From positions 10,448 through 74,447 of the forward strand of contig JAYSUJ010000022.1 of the NCBI GenBank assembly GCA_043719155.1: 64,000 nucleotides of DNA, written 5' to 3'. The notes below the pieces were generated by a model. That model worked only from the letters and a program-made list of their open reading frames with translations, searched no databases and had not been told where the DNA came from. A program made the position numbers and the translations under genes. Position 1 is the stretch's first letter. The number at the start of each line of letters is the position of its first letter. The DNA is from a bacterium (GTDB lineage Bacteria > Patescibacteriota > Minisyncoccia > Phycocordibacterales > UBA5272). Below, piece by piece: positions 19,954 through 31,468 of this stretch.

Positions 19954-21403
19954 ATTTCTTTTCAAACTCCTTTATAAAAGTAAATAAATTTTCTTCACAA
20001 CATTTGTTAGTAACTATCTGCAAAGACATTGGTAGTTTCTGAGAATCTAAAGCCGTAGGAATTGAAATAGCCGGTAAACCTGCTAAGTTTGCAGGAACCG
20101 TAAAAATGTCTTCTAAATATAAAGTAAGTGGGTCTTTAATCTCACCTGATTTAAATGCAGTAGTTGGTGCTGTTGGCATTAGGAATACACTTGCTTTTGT
20201 AAAAACTTTATCAAACTCTTCTTTCATGGCTATTCTGATAGCTAAAGATTTCCCATAAAAAGCATCATAATAGCCATGCGACAAAACATATGAACCTATC
20301 ATAATCCTTCTTTTAACTTCGGGACCAAAAAATTGACCTCTGTTTTTTGAAAATAAGTCTCCGTAATTTTTCACATCCCCCACTTGACCTCCACCAAACC
20401 TCAAACCATCCATGCGACTCAAATTACTAGATACTTCAGCAGTGTTTATTATGTAATAAATTGATAGAGCATATTCTAAAGTTTGAAGCTCCTCTTTTTC
20501 TATTGGCAAAACTTCATAACCAAGAGACTTTATTTTTTCAATAGATTTATAAAAGTCAGTTTTTACTTCTGCATTCAAACCCTCGCTTTCTAAATAGGCT
20601 TTTGGATAGGCAACTGTTTTTTTATAGAGATTATTTGTTTCTAACTTTGACATCACCTCTTTTGGAATCGTAGTGTTGTCTAACACGTCTTCACCTTTTA
20701 CCAAATTCATAACCAGCTCTACATCACTTGCAGTATTTGCAAAGATACCTATAGTATCGAGTGAAGATGCGGCCGCAATAAGGCCACTTCTGGAAAAGCC
20801 CCCATACGAAGGTTTAAAACCATATAGTCCACAAAATGAAGCAGGTTGTCGTACAGAGCCTCCTGTATCTGAACCCAAGGCAACCAAACACATGCCCGAA
20901 GCCAATGCTGCTGCAGAGCCTGAAGAAGACCCGCCAGGCACTCGTGAGGTATCTATTGGGTTTAAAGTTTTGCCATAGGATGAGTTTTCACCGCTGCCAC
21001 CCAGGGCAAACTCGTCCATATTTGTACGACCTAAAATGATTCCACCGGCATTTTTGATTTTCTCAATCACAGTTGCGTCATAGGTTGCAATGTAGTCTTT
21101 CAACATTTGGGAGCCAGCAGAAGCAACTCTGCCCTTTACTAAAATACAGTCTTTAACTAAAAAAGGAATGCCTTCTAACTCTCTGGCTGTTCTATTTAAA
21201 TAGTTTTGTGTTGCAACTTTTGCTTGTTCTAAAACATCTGGTCCTCCGGCTGCGTCTTTATCTGTAAATACCTCTAAAACTGCATTCAGTTCAGGGTTTC
21301 TATCAGAAATTATTTTTAAATAATGTTCGACAAGCTGAGTTGGTGTTAACTCTTTTTTCTTAAACATTTCTTTGGCCTCTAAAATACTTTTAGGGATTTG
21401 CAT
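19952..21403 (-). CDS. gatA: Glutamyl-tRNA(Gln) amidotransferase subunit A
   Basis: Amidase signature GGSSSGSAAALASGMCLVALGSDTGGSVRQPA; 483 aa; preceded by gatC. Confidence 0.93.
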   Translation of the reverse strand: MQIPKSILEAKEMFKKKELTPTQLVEHYLKIISDRNPELNAVLEVFTDKDAAGGPDVLEQAKVATQNYLNRTARELEGIPFLVKDCILVKGRVASAGSQMLKDYIATYDATVIEKIKNAGGIILGRTNMDEFALGGSGENSSYGKTLNPIDTSRVPGGSSSGSAAALASGMCLVALGSDTGGSVRQPASFCGLYGFKPSYGGFSRSGLIAAASSLDTIGIFANTASDVELVMNLVKGEDVLDNTTIPKEVMSKLETNNLYKKTVAYPKAYLESEGLNAEVKTDFYKSIEKIKSLGYEVLPIEKEELQTLEYALSIYYIINTAEVSSNLSRMDGLRFGGGQVGDVKNYGDLFSKNRGQFFGPEVKRRIMIGSYVLSHGYYDAFYGKSLAIRIAMKEEFDKVFTKASVFLMPTAPTTAFKSGEIKDPLTLYLEDIFTVPANLAGLPAISIPTALDSQKLPMSLQIVTNKCCEENLFTFIKEFEKK

Positions 21404-21407
21404 AAAA

Positions 21408-21722
21408 TTATTTAGATTTATTTATAACTTTTGCAACTTTGACATAGTTGTCTGTAGACTTGTTGGGTATATTTTTTAAAATTAATTCCTTTTTAAAATC
21501 TCGTGACTCTCCATCTTTTCTGGTGTTATTGTAAAACAGTAAATCTGAACTACGTGCCACATCTGAAGCAGATGAAAAATTATTGACCATAGACAAATGT
21601 CCTAAAATATTGTTTATATCTTTTAAATACTGTTCATTTTCGGCAATAGTTATTTCTATTTTAGCTAAATCTGCAAGCTTTTTAACGTCCTCTTCTTTTA
21701 ACTGGGCTTTTTGTGTAGTCAT
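21408..21722 (-). CDS. gatC: Glutamyl-tRNA(Gln) amidotransferase subunit C
   Basis: Start taken at internal ATG (21720-21722, MTTQKAQLKEEDVKKLADLAKIEIT..) giving ~104 aa typical GatC; ORF-track N-terminal extension likely spurious. Confidence 0.75.
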   Translation of the reverse strand: MTTQKAQLKEEDVKKLADLAKIEITIAENEQYLKDINNILGHLSMVNNFSSASDVARSSDLLFYNNTRKDGESRDFKKELILKNIPNKSTDNYVKVAKVINKSK

Positions 21723-21859
21723 ACTTTTATTATACCAAAAAAAACCACATTCAGCCCTAATTATACTTTTGACATTATTTATTAAATGTGTTAATATGTG
21801 TATACCAAAGTGCGCCGCGACTTTGAAGTCAACTGAAAACAGTGGTAAAGGAAACACTA

Positions 21860-22132
21860 ATGTGGGAAATCACGGAATGCCTAGTGCAAAGTGACATGCT
21901 TCTCAAAGGACTACTCGCGAAAGGATGGGAGCCTTTCTCAGTTCTTTCCAGAAAGGCTTTCCAAAATGGAGCTAACTTCGGCCCAGTCTGCTTTCTTCGT
22001 CGAAAGATTGAAGAAGAACTGGAGGTCAAAGCTCTTTTTACTCAAGATCAAGTCAAGGCACATCTTGCTGAAGGCTGGTCCTGGGTAGGATCCCAAGAAA
22101 GCATTGTTTACCTTTCGCGACCGAAACAATAA
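21860..22132 (+). CDS. Small hypothetical protein (90 aa; ORF-track GTG start 21842), GC-elevated island antisense between ligA and gatC
   Basis: RBS AAAGGAAA 5 nt before ATG 21860; overlapping ORFs on both strands reflect high GC; could alternatively be structured RNA. Confidence 0.3.
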   Translation: MWEITECLVQSDMLLKGLLAKGWEPFSVLSRKAFQNGANFGPVCFLRRKIEEELEVKALFTQDQVKAHLAEGWSWVGSQESIVYLSRPKQ

Positions 22133-22154
22133 ACTCGTTCCCGTTCTACCACTA

Positions 22155-22187
22155 GGGGAGTTCAGCACAGCTGAACTCCCCTTTTTA
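22155..22187 (+). terminator. Intrinsic terminator
   Basis: ggggagttcagc-acag-gctgaactcccc + TTTTTATTT. Confidence 0.6.
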
Positions 22188-22204
22188 TTTCAACTTTTTT
22201 TGCT

Positions 22205-24193
<1,989 letters not shown>

Positions 24194-24221
24194 TTATCAA
24201 ATAAATTATAACATTAAAAAA

Positions 24222-24707
24222 TTAATAGAAAAACTCTACAAGTCTAGCAACAACTCTCTTGCCGGACTCATCTTCACAGACTCTGTTTTGACCTGAAATT
24301 ACCATTTTATTTGAAATCTCAACATTATCTGGTTGACGGGTAGAGCTTACAACAGCACAAAAATCTCCCTGGTCTGTTGTAATTTTCATTTTCAAAACCG
24401 AGTCTTTTGCACCTGCATTATTGGTTGGTCCACTGACAAATTCCAAATCTGGTGAGGCAGTATTTCCAGCACAGTTTCCAGCATTCCCGTTGAATAAAAC
24501 GCTACTAGCACTTGTCGTGGCATTTTGTTCCTTGAATAATAGACATTCAAAAGCTGAGTCAGCAGTATAAAGTGCTTGAAAAGAACTAGAGTCAATGTTC
24601 ATTATCTCTATTTGCTTAATCAAAAGTAAGTACATTGAGGTTAAAATTGATACAACAATTGCCGAAAAGAAAATTGCAAACATGGACACAAAAGCTTTTT
24701 TTTTCAT
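24222..24707 (-). CDS. Pilin-like/minor pilin-associated protein (N-terminal hydrophobic anchor, no Glu+5)
   Basis: MKKKAFVSMFAIFFSAIVVSILTS..; last gene of pilin cluster; lacks canonical E5. Confidence 0.45.
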   Translation of the reverse strand: MKKKAFVSMFAIFFSAIVVSILTSMYLLLIKQIEIMNIDSSSFQALYTADSAFECLLFKEQNATTSASSVLFNGNAGNCAGNTASPDLEFVSGPTNNAGAKDSVLKMKITTDQGDFCAVVSSTRQPDNVEISNKMVISGQNRVCEDESGKRVVARLVEFFY

Positions 24708-24711
24708 ATTC

Positions 24712-25233
24712 TTATTTTATGTTTATGTTAAAAAGTAATTTTTTTAAATTGACCTGAACTTTCACACCATTAACATCTGACCAAACAAGACTTTCCACAA
24801 TAAAGCCAGTCCTATCGGGGTTTTCAGTAAATTTAATTTTTCTAAAAAAATCTGTTGGCTCACCCCCAACTTTAAATAAGGTATCATCGTCTCTTCCTAA
24901 TCTGCAACTGTCATCAGAGAGGCTTGAAATTTGCGAAGTACAAGCCGCAACTCTCGGAAGCGGAGAGAAACCGTCCCAGTCTATACTACAGCCGTCGGCA
25001 CAAGTCAGATTAACTTCAGCTTTGAAAGCCTCAACATCAGCATTTCTAAGAGAGGTAGACAGCTCTAAACCTTCTTGAGATAGTCCTGTTGCTACTATTC
25101 TTGCTCTTATAAGTTGAGAGTAGCTGTAACTTCTGTACATAAAAGTAAGTGGTGCAGTGATCATGATTGTTATTGCCAAAAGTGTTACCAAGGTTTCAAC
25201 TATTGTAAAGGCAGATTTATTTGTATTTTTCAT
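24712..25233 (-). CDS. Type IV pilin/pseudopilin with prepilin-type N-terminal methylation motif
   Basis: NKSAFTIVETLVTLLAI (class III signal, Glu at +5). Confidence 0.7.
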   Translation of the reverse strand: MKNTNKSAFTIVETLVTLLAITIMITAPLTFMYRSYSYSQLIRARIVATGLSQEGLELSTSLRNADVEAFKAEVNLTCADGCSIDWDGFSPLPRVAACTSQISSLSDDSCRLGRDDDTLFKVGGEPTDFFRKIKFTENPDRTGFIVESLVWSDVNGVKVQVNLKKLLFNINIK

Positions 25234-25236
25234 ATT

Positions 25237-25974
25237 CTAAAAATAAGTGATTAGACGTTGTGCAATACTTGTTTGGATTTCTACACTCCCTGCTTCTGTA
25301 TGCTTCAATTTCATTTTCACTCTGACCATAGGGTTTTTTGGATTTTCTGAACCAGTAGTTTCGTCAACAAAAACATCGAATGAAAGCTTTTCAATTATTA
25401 TATCTTCTGGCAACATAGATGCGCCCAGGTCGCAGCGCTTCTCAAAAATTAAACCCCCTGTGAGAATTTGAAAATCAGAAACCTTATAAAGCTTTCCTCC
25501 TGTTATACAAAAAGCATTCTGATCTACCAGAGTATTTGGATTTCCATTTTGAGATTCAAAAACAATGTAAGGAGAGTTTTTAGCTCGAGTCAATAGCTGA
25601 CTGTTGTCATTTGTTTCTGTACAAACCGTTCCCGTATAGCCTGCTCCTAAATTTCTTCGAGCGTCGATACAGTCCTGGGTAAAATTTTCACTCCTAATTG
25701 CAGTAGATCTTATACGGATTATTGTAGAATCTGCAGAAGTCAAAACCCCAGAATAGTTATAGCCGTATCGCAATTGTCTTGACATGTTTTCAAGGGTAAT
25801 TTGCGCAGTTTGAGTTAGGAAAAGTTGAGCTTGTATTCTTTTCTGGGCCCCTATCATTGATATTGTAATAGTTATAACAGTTGTTATTATAAATGAAAAA
25901 ATAGCCAGAGAAACTATTATCTCAATGAGAGAAAAAGCACTTTTTCTACTTTTGTTTTTACCAGTCTGATACAT
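25237..25974 (-). CDS. Type IV pilin/pseudopilin (start taken at internal Met MYQTGKNKSRKSAFSLIEIIVSLAIF)
   Basis: KSAFSLIEIIV prepilin motif; ORF-track upstream extension overlaps previous gene. Confidence 0.65.
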   Translation of the reverse strand: MYQTGKNKSRKSAFSLIEIIVSLAIFSFIITTVITITISMIGAQKRIQAQLFLTQTAQITLENMSRQLRYGYNYSGVLTSADSTIIRIRSTAIRSENFTQDCIDARRNLGAGYTGTVCTETNDNSQLLTRAKNSPYIVFESQNGNPNTLVDQNAFCITGGKLYKVSDFQILTGGLIFEKRCDLGASMLPEDIIIEKLSFDVFVDETTGSENPKNPMVRVKMKLKHTEAGSVEIQTSIAQRLITYF

Positions 25975-26560
25975 ACATTTGTCCCGTAGAAAGTATAACA
26001 ACCTTTTTCTTAAAAACATTATTCTTTTTGCTACTGAGAGTAACCTCCAATTTATCGAAGCTCAAACTGTCAGATGGTACTAAATTTGTTGATCCCTCAA
26101 GTCCGAAAAGCTTTGCCTCTGGGTTTGGTCTTTTAAAGACACCATAGGCAGTAACAAGCTCAGTTGAAACATTTTGTCTGAAACCCACAATACTAGAAAT
26201 GGTAAACTGGTCTTTTAAAACAGCTGGGGAAGCTTCTGGGTCATTTTCTAAACAGCTTTGATACTTGATATTTGTAAACTCGCCGTTAAAACAATTTTCA
26301 ACCTCCCTACGCAACCTCTTTATTTCATTGCTACTTTTTGAAAACACGAAACCATTGGCAAACTTTTTTCCTGGTACAGATAGAGAAGAGATACCAAAAG
26401 TTTGTGTCTCCCGAAAAAAAGCCAACATTTTATAGGTATCGGTAGAAAGGGAGATCTGTTCTGCGAATTTAGGATATGAGGAAACACTCAAAACAGCCAT
26501 AATAGCTATAATTGACATAGATACCAAGAGCTCAATAAGTGTAAAGGCTGAATATTTCAT
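25958..26560 (-). CDS. Type IV pilin/pseudopilin
   Basis: MKYSAFTLIELLVSMSIIAIMA prepilin motif. Confidence 0.7.
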   Translation of the reverse strand: MKYSAFTLIELLVSMSIIAIMAVLSVSSYPKFAEQISLSTDTYKMLAFFRETQTFGISSLSVPGKKFANGFVFSKSSNEIKRLRREVENCFNGEFTNIKYQSCLENDPEASPAVLKDQFTISSIVGFRQNVSTELVTAYGVFKRPNPEAKLFGLEGSTNLVPSDSLSFDKLEVTLSSKKNNVFKKKVVILSTGQMYVSDW

Positions 26561-27311
26561 TTAGAGAAAGTATATCTTGGATTTTTATTATATGGTAATT
26601 AGTTATCAAGATAAAAAGTGATGCAACAAAAATAATTGGTAAAAAAGGCATTCTTACATTTCTTTCAAACTCCTTCTTAATTATAAGTAGATAACAAATA
26701 CCATATATTGCTCCAAACCAAACTGAATAGAGAAATATAGAAATCGAAAATTGAGTTCCAAAAAAAAGTGAGAGAGCTGTATAGACATAGGGATCAGCTT
26801 CACCGATGGCATTTTTATTTATAAAATAAATTAGCCAAAAAGGTAAAATCACCAAAAGTGCAACCATTTCAAAACCCAAAAACAAAGATTTCAAGAGTCC
26901 TAAAATCATAAGTGCATATACAAATTTAGAGCTAACTTGCATGTCCGCAAGATCTTCCAACACCAATGCCAAGAAAATACCGCCAAATATCAAGGCAAAA
27001 ACAATATGTAGAAAACCCAAACTTCCAAAGTATACAGAGGAAAACAAAAACCATAGCCCAAGTAGAATTTCACCTACAAATAAAGAAAGCGGGATTTTAG
27101 TTTTACAAAAAAAACACTTCCCTTGCAAAAAAATGAAGGAAACAACTGGTATCAAGTGATAAAATTTAAGTTGGGTTTTGCAGGATTTACACGCCGACCT
27201 AGTGTTAAGTAGGAAAAAACTTTTAGCACCATCCTGGAAAACACAAATAGCAGAAGCGACAGAAGCTCCGAGAAAAAAAATTATTGAATATACAAAAAAA
27301 AGGTTTGTCAT
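26532..27311 (-). CDS. Prepilin peptidase (A24 family)
   Basis: N-terminal CxxC..CxxC (CKSCKTQL..CFFCKTKI) zinc-finger typical of PilD, followed by polytopic membrane domain. Confidence 0.8.
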   Translation of the reverse strand: MTNLFFVYSIIFFLGASVASAICVFQDGAKSFFLLNTRSACKSCKTQLKFYHLIPVVSFIFLQGKCFFCKTKIPLSLFVGEILLGLWFLFSSVYFGSLGFLHIVFALIFGGIFLALVLEDLADMQVSSKFVYALMILGLLKSLFLGFEMVALLVILPFWLIYFINKNAIGEADPYVYTALSLFFGTQFSISIFLYSVWFGAIYGICYLLIIKKEFERNVRMPFLPIIFVASLFILITNYHIIKIQDILSLNEIFSLYTY

Positions 27312-29041
27312 ATAAAAGATAAATCTTTTTTTAGACTAGTTGAAATCTTTGTTAGGTCTTGCATCCGTTTTAAATTCTCTTCTAGGCTTTGTCCCTCTCG
27401 TATTTCATTTTTACAATCCTCTATTAACTTAGCTAAAAGTTTTTTCATAAACTCATAAATAACTTCTTGTACATGCTGGACAAGCTTGAATTCGTTATCA
27501 TTTTTTGATACTTTTTCAGCCTTTTTTCTTTCAATATTTATTACTTCTCTATTTAAAATTTCGTCCGGTATTCCTTCAAGTGTAAACTCTGCATTTTCTG
27601 GCTTCTGTAAACCTAAATAGTACTTTAGCTTTGTACTTAAAAAATCCTTGAATTCCAAATCTTCTAGTAGAGAGAGAGAAGCGGCACATTCTGCCAGCAT
27701 AGTCATAATTTCTATTTGCGGAATCTTTTTTTTCTCCTTTTTTATTTGAAGTACAACTTCGCTTTGCACATTTTCTGTTTCTTGTTTAATTATGGAGACA
27801 TCAATATCTAATGCTGATGCGATTTCTTTCGTGTAAGTTTCTTTTAAAAGTGGACTTTTTACTACCCTCAAAAGGGGGAACAGATCTTTTCGCAAAAGCT
27901 GTATTTGTCTCGGCTTAATTTTTTCTTTTTCTAAAATTATTTCTGTGATGAGTGTCAAAATGGGTTTTGGCTCACCTACAGCTTTCTTCCAATTTTCTGT
28001 TTTGTCTTTTTGGTCATGCAGAATCATATCGGCTGGGTCTTTATCAATTAGTTTTATACCCTCTACTTCCATGTCACTTTCTAATGCCAATGCTGCGCTC
28101 TTAAGCATAGCAGCGTAACCTGCTTTGTCGGTGTCCAATGCTAAAACAACAGTTTCTGAAAAACGCTTTAAAATAGAAATATGTTCTGGTGTGAAAGCAG
28201 TACCGGAAATGGCAACTGTATTTGTATTGCCAGCTTGATGCGACATTACCACATCCATCTGCCCTTCCACTACCAACACTTTTTTGAGTTTTGCAATTTC
28301 ACTTTTTGCCTTGTCATAACCAAACAGAATTGCACTCTTGTGATACATGGGTGTTTCTGGACTGTTTACATACTTTGCTACTCCGTCTCGACCCTCGTCT
28401 GAGCCAATTATTCTGCCACTATAGGCCACTACCTTACCAGATGCATTCATAACGGGAAACATAACTCTACTTCTAAATCTGTCATATAAACCTTTTTCAT
28501 GTTTTATACAAACTCCACTAGTTACAATTTCTTCATCTGTATAACCCGCTTTATTTAACTTGGTATAAAGCTGTCTCCAGTCATTTGGGGCAAAGCCTAT
28601 TCTAAATTTTTGCACTGTTTCATTGTTTACCCCCCTTCTTTTTAAATATTCTTTGGCTTCTGTGTTTTGGGATAAATTATGTTCAAAAAAAAGAGTTGAG
28701 TTTTCCAAAATGTCTATAAGTGAAGATGTTTCTTCTTTTTTAAAGTTTGCTAAACTGACCCCGGCTTTGTCCGCAAGCATTCGAAGTGCATCTTTAAAAT
28801 TTATACCTTCAATTTTCATTGTAAATCCAAAAATGTCACCATGTTCGCTACAGCCAAAACAATGATAAAAACCTTTGGCAGGGTTTATATAAAAACTTGG
28901 TGACTTTTCATTATGAAATGGGCATCTGGCCCTAAATTGTGACCCAGCTTTCTCTAGCTTTACATATGTTGAAACTACATCTAAAATATTTAGCCTATCT
29001 CGTATTAAATCCAAATTTGCGTTATTTTTACCCTGCAACAT
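27308..29041 (-). CDS. dnaG: DNA primase
   Basis: Zinc-binding CPFHNEKSPSF..YHCFGC, TOPRIM (VVEGQMDV), 577 aa. Confidence 0.93.
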   Translation of the reverse strand: MLQGKNNANLDLIRDRLNILDVVSTYVKLEKAGSQFRARCPFHNEKSPSFYINPAKGFYHCFGCSEHGDIFGFTMKIEGINFKDALRMLADKAGVSLANFKKEETSSLIDILENSTLFFEHNLSQNTEAKEYLKRRGVNNETVQKFRIGFAPNDWRQLYTKLNKAGYTDEEIVTSGVCIKHEKGLYDRFRSRVMFPVMNASGKVVAYSGRIIGSDEGRDGVAKYVNSPETPMYHKSAILFGYDKAKSEIAKLKKVLVVEGQMDVVMSHQAGNTNTVAISGTAFTPEHISILKRFSETVVLALDTDKAGYAAMLKSAALALESDMEVEGIKLIDKDPADMILHDQKDKTENWKKAVGEPKPILTLITEIILEKEKIKPRQIQLLRKDLFPLLRVVKSPLLKETYTKEIASALDIDVSIIKQETENVQSEVVLQIKKEKKKIPQIEIMTMLAECAASLSLLEDLEFKDFLSTKLKYYLGLQKPENAEFTLEGIPDEILNREVINIERKKAEKVSKNDNEFKLVQHVQEVIYEFMKKLLAKLIEDCKNEIREGQSLEENLKRMQDLTKISTSLKKDLSFI

Positions 29042-29065
29042 GTAGACAGTATAACATTTTTGTCA

Positions 29066-29932
29066 TTAGTTTTTCCCTGTCTTGTAAGACCCTAAAACTT
29101 TGACTTCTTTTGCAATTTCTCTTAAATTACTTAATGCATTAGCTATATTTGTGTCACTTTCTTTTCCTTCAAAATCTAAATAAAAGTAATATTTCCATGG
29201 TGACTTTGGAACTGGTCTACTTTCAATTTTGGTTAAATTTATATCTCTTAAAGAAAAACAAGCTAGAGCTTTAAAGAGAAAACCTGTAATATTGCCACCA
29301 GTAAAAATAATAGAAGTTTTATACTTATCATTTTGCACTATTCCCCTCCTGCCTGAGGAGGGGTTAGAGGTGGTGGGAGATTCTTTTGAAATTACCAAAA
29401 ATCTTGTATAATTATTTTTGTCATCTTGAAAGTCCTTTTTTAGAACTTTTAGATTATGCATGTTTCCAGCTTTAACAGATGCTATACAGGCTTTACTTTT
29501 GTCATTGGTTTTTTTTACAAATTCAGCCGAGCCGGCTGTATCAAAATATTCCACAATTTTTGCGTTAGGTAAATATTCTTTTAAATTATGCTCACATTGA
29601 GCCAGTGCCTGCCAGTGACTATATACCTCTTTTATGTCCTCATTCTTTGTTTCCGGTAAAACTAAAAGCTGATGGTTCACATGCACATACGCTTCACCAA
29701 CTACTTTTAAATCGTGTTTACCGAGTAAATCAAAATTTTTATGTATAGATCCCGCAAGAGAATTTTCAACGGGGATTACCCCAAAATCTAAACCCCCACT
29801 TTCTACACCTTCAAAAATAGATTCGAAATCTTTGCAGCCAACAAGATCTACATTTTTTGATAACTCTTTAGAAAAACTCTCTGCAGCCATTTCGCTATAA
29901 GCACCCGAGACACCCTGATAGCCTATTTTCAT
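29066..29932 (-). CDS. pheA: Prephenate dehydratase with ACT domain
   Basis: MKIGYQGVSGAYSEMAA.., conserved TRF and ESRP motifs. Confidence 0.85.
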   Translation of the reverse strand: MKIGYQGVSGAYSEMAAESFSKELSKNVDLVGCKDFESIFEGVESGGLDFGVIPVENSLAGSIHKNFDLLGKHDLKVVGEAYVHVNHQLLVLPETKNEDIKEVYSHWQALAQCEHNLKEYLPNAKIVEYFDTAGSAEFVKKTNDKSKACIASVKAGNMHNLKVLKKDFQDDKNNYTRFLVISKESPTTSNPSSGRRGIVQNDKYKTSIIFTGGNITGFLFKALACFSLRDINLTKIESRPVPKSPWKYYFYLDFEGKESDTNIANALSNLREIAKEVKVLGSYKTGKN

Positions 29933-30207
29933 ATTTCCTGTTCTTGTTCCACAATCTCCTCTATTCTATTTACAATTAAATCGTCAAGAGTTTTTTCTGT
30001 TTCTGTGTTCAAATCTGCCTCAGCTTTTACAAATTCTGCAGTGGTTTTCAATACGTCTCGCAGGTTTAAATCTAATTTGCTGTCTATCTCTGATAGCTCT
30101 ATTAATAGAGCATCCATTTCCTGATCCAACTTCAAACTTTCTTGCTCCATTTCGGCTTCTAATTTAGCAATATCTTCCTCGGTCATAATTTCTTCATTTT
30201 CTTGCAT
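29929..30207 (-). CDS. Hypothetical acidic coiled-coil protein (92 aa)
   Basis: Glu/Asp-rich heptad-like sequence; translationally coupled to neighbours. Confidence 0.4.
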   Translation of the reverse strand: MQENEEIMTEEDIAKLEAEMEQESLKLDQEMDALLIELSEIDSKLDLNLRDVLKTTAEFVKAEADLNTETEKTLDDLIVNRIEEIVEQEQEI

Positions 30208-30211
30208 ATTC

Positions 30212-31366
30212 TTATTTAATTGTATTTACAAAATCTATAACTTTCTTTACTAATTCAGGATTGTCTGTATTACCGTTTAACTGAGTTAGAAAAACATTTC
30301 TTAGCTGGTCTTTAGTGACATTATTTTTATCTGGCACGAGTGGCTGTGCATCAAAATTTTGGTCTATTTTTTTTAATTTCCCATCAGTAATTTCAGTACT
30401 AAATTCTTGATTCCACTCTGTTAAAAACCCTAATATTTCTGGGTCTTTCAAAACTTTTTCTGTTCCAATTACAGCTGCAGGTTGCACAGTATATGTTTCT
30501 GTCTGCTTGGTAGCATTTACTGGGTTCTTGAGCTCACTTTTCATTTTTTTAATTTCCCCCTCAAGTAGGTCTACTTTACTTTTTACTTCATTATATTTTT
30601 TTTCTAGCTCCCCACTTATTTTGCTGTGCCTTTTTATAACTTCCGCGTATTTTAATCTGCCAACCACATTAAACTTGCTCAAAGAATTTAACTTTGACAC
30701 AAAACTATTCGACCTTAAAATGCTTGCAACTATCGACTTCCTTGCAAGATCCAACCTTTCTTTTGCGGCTGCCAATTCCTTTTCTTTTTTGACTATCTCC
30801 TCATTTTTTTTAGCCTCTATTGCCTCTTTTTTTTTCTCATAATTTTCATTAATAGCATTGACATTGGAAGTATACCCGTCTCTCTTTTTCTGGCTGTGAG
30901 TCTTTTTATCCTCTTGAACTTGTTTTTCAATTATAAATTTCTTCATTTGCGGGTTGGAATCAATCATTTCTTTTAGTTTAACTGGGTCAGAACTATATTC
31001 TGAATACTGTCTAGTTAAAGTCCGTGTTAATTTTTCTATTTCGCTATTTCTAAGATTAATTTTTTTGTCCAAACTCTTTATTTTATCGGAGTTGCGCGAC
31101 AACAGAGTTTCATTCATTACGAGTTTAAATTTCCTAGAAATAGCCGACTCATTTTGTCCACTAGACTCGGTACTTTTTGCAATAACTCTACTCCATATCT
31201 CTTTCCCTTTTTTTGACAACCTCTCTGTAACCTCAGGCAAACTCTGAACAGTCTCTTTTGCTTTACTCAAAAAACTTTTAACTTTTTCTCTTACATTTAA
31301 ACCTGTATAAGTTTTTTTCTCTGATTGTTTTGGTACAGATGATGATGCTGACTTTTCTGGTGACAT
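30212..31366 (-). CDS. Hypothetical Lys/Glu-rich coiled-coil protein (384 aa) immediately downstream of rpoC
   Basis: Long charged helical sequence; no catalytic motif recognised. Confidence 0.5.
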   Translation of the reverse strand: MSPEKSASSSVPKQSEKKTYTGLNVREKVKSFLSKAKETVQSLPEVTERLSKKGKEIWSRVIAKSTESSGQNESAISRKFKLVMNETLLSRNSDKIKSLDKKINLRNSEIEKLTRTLTRQYSEYSSDPVKLKEMIDSNPQMKKFIIEKQVQEDKKTHSQKKRDGYTSNVNAINENYEKKKEAIEAKKNEEIVKKEKELAAAKERLDLARKSIVASILRSNSFVSKLNSLSKFNVVGRLKYAEVIKRHSKISGELEKKYNEVKSKVDLLEGEIKKMKSELKNPVNATKQTETYTVQPAAVIGTEKVLKDPEILGFLTEWNQEFSTEITDGKLKKIDQNFDAQPLVPDKNNVTKDQLRNVFLTQLNGNTDNPELVKKVIDFVNTIK

Positions 31367-31468
31367 ATTATTTATTTCTTTAACAAAAGTATAATTTTAT
31401 TTCTACTTTTTTGCAAACAAAAAACACGATAAATTTCTCTACAGTGTTTTTTGTTTATAAAGCTCTAA

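Noticed and set aside
21829-22168. Minus-strand ORFs 21829..22029 and 21938..22168 and plus ORF 21891..22088 in the GC-rich island
   Set aside because: Mutually overlapping in a GC-rich patch where stop codons are rare; only the 21860..22132 frame has an RBS and ends at the terminator. All remain uncertain versus an ncRNA interpretation.
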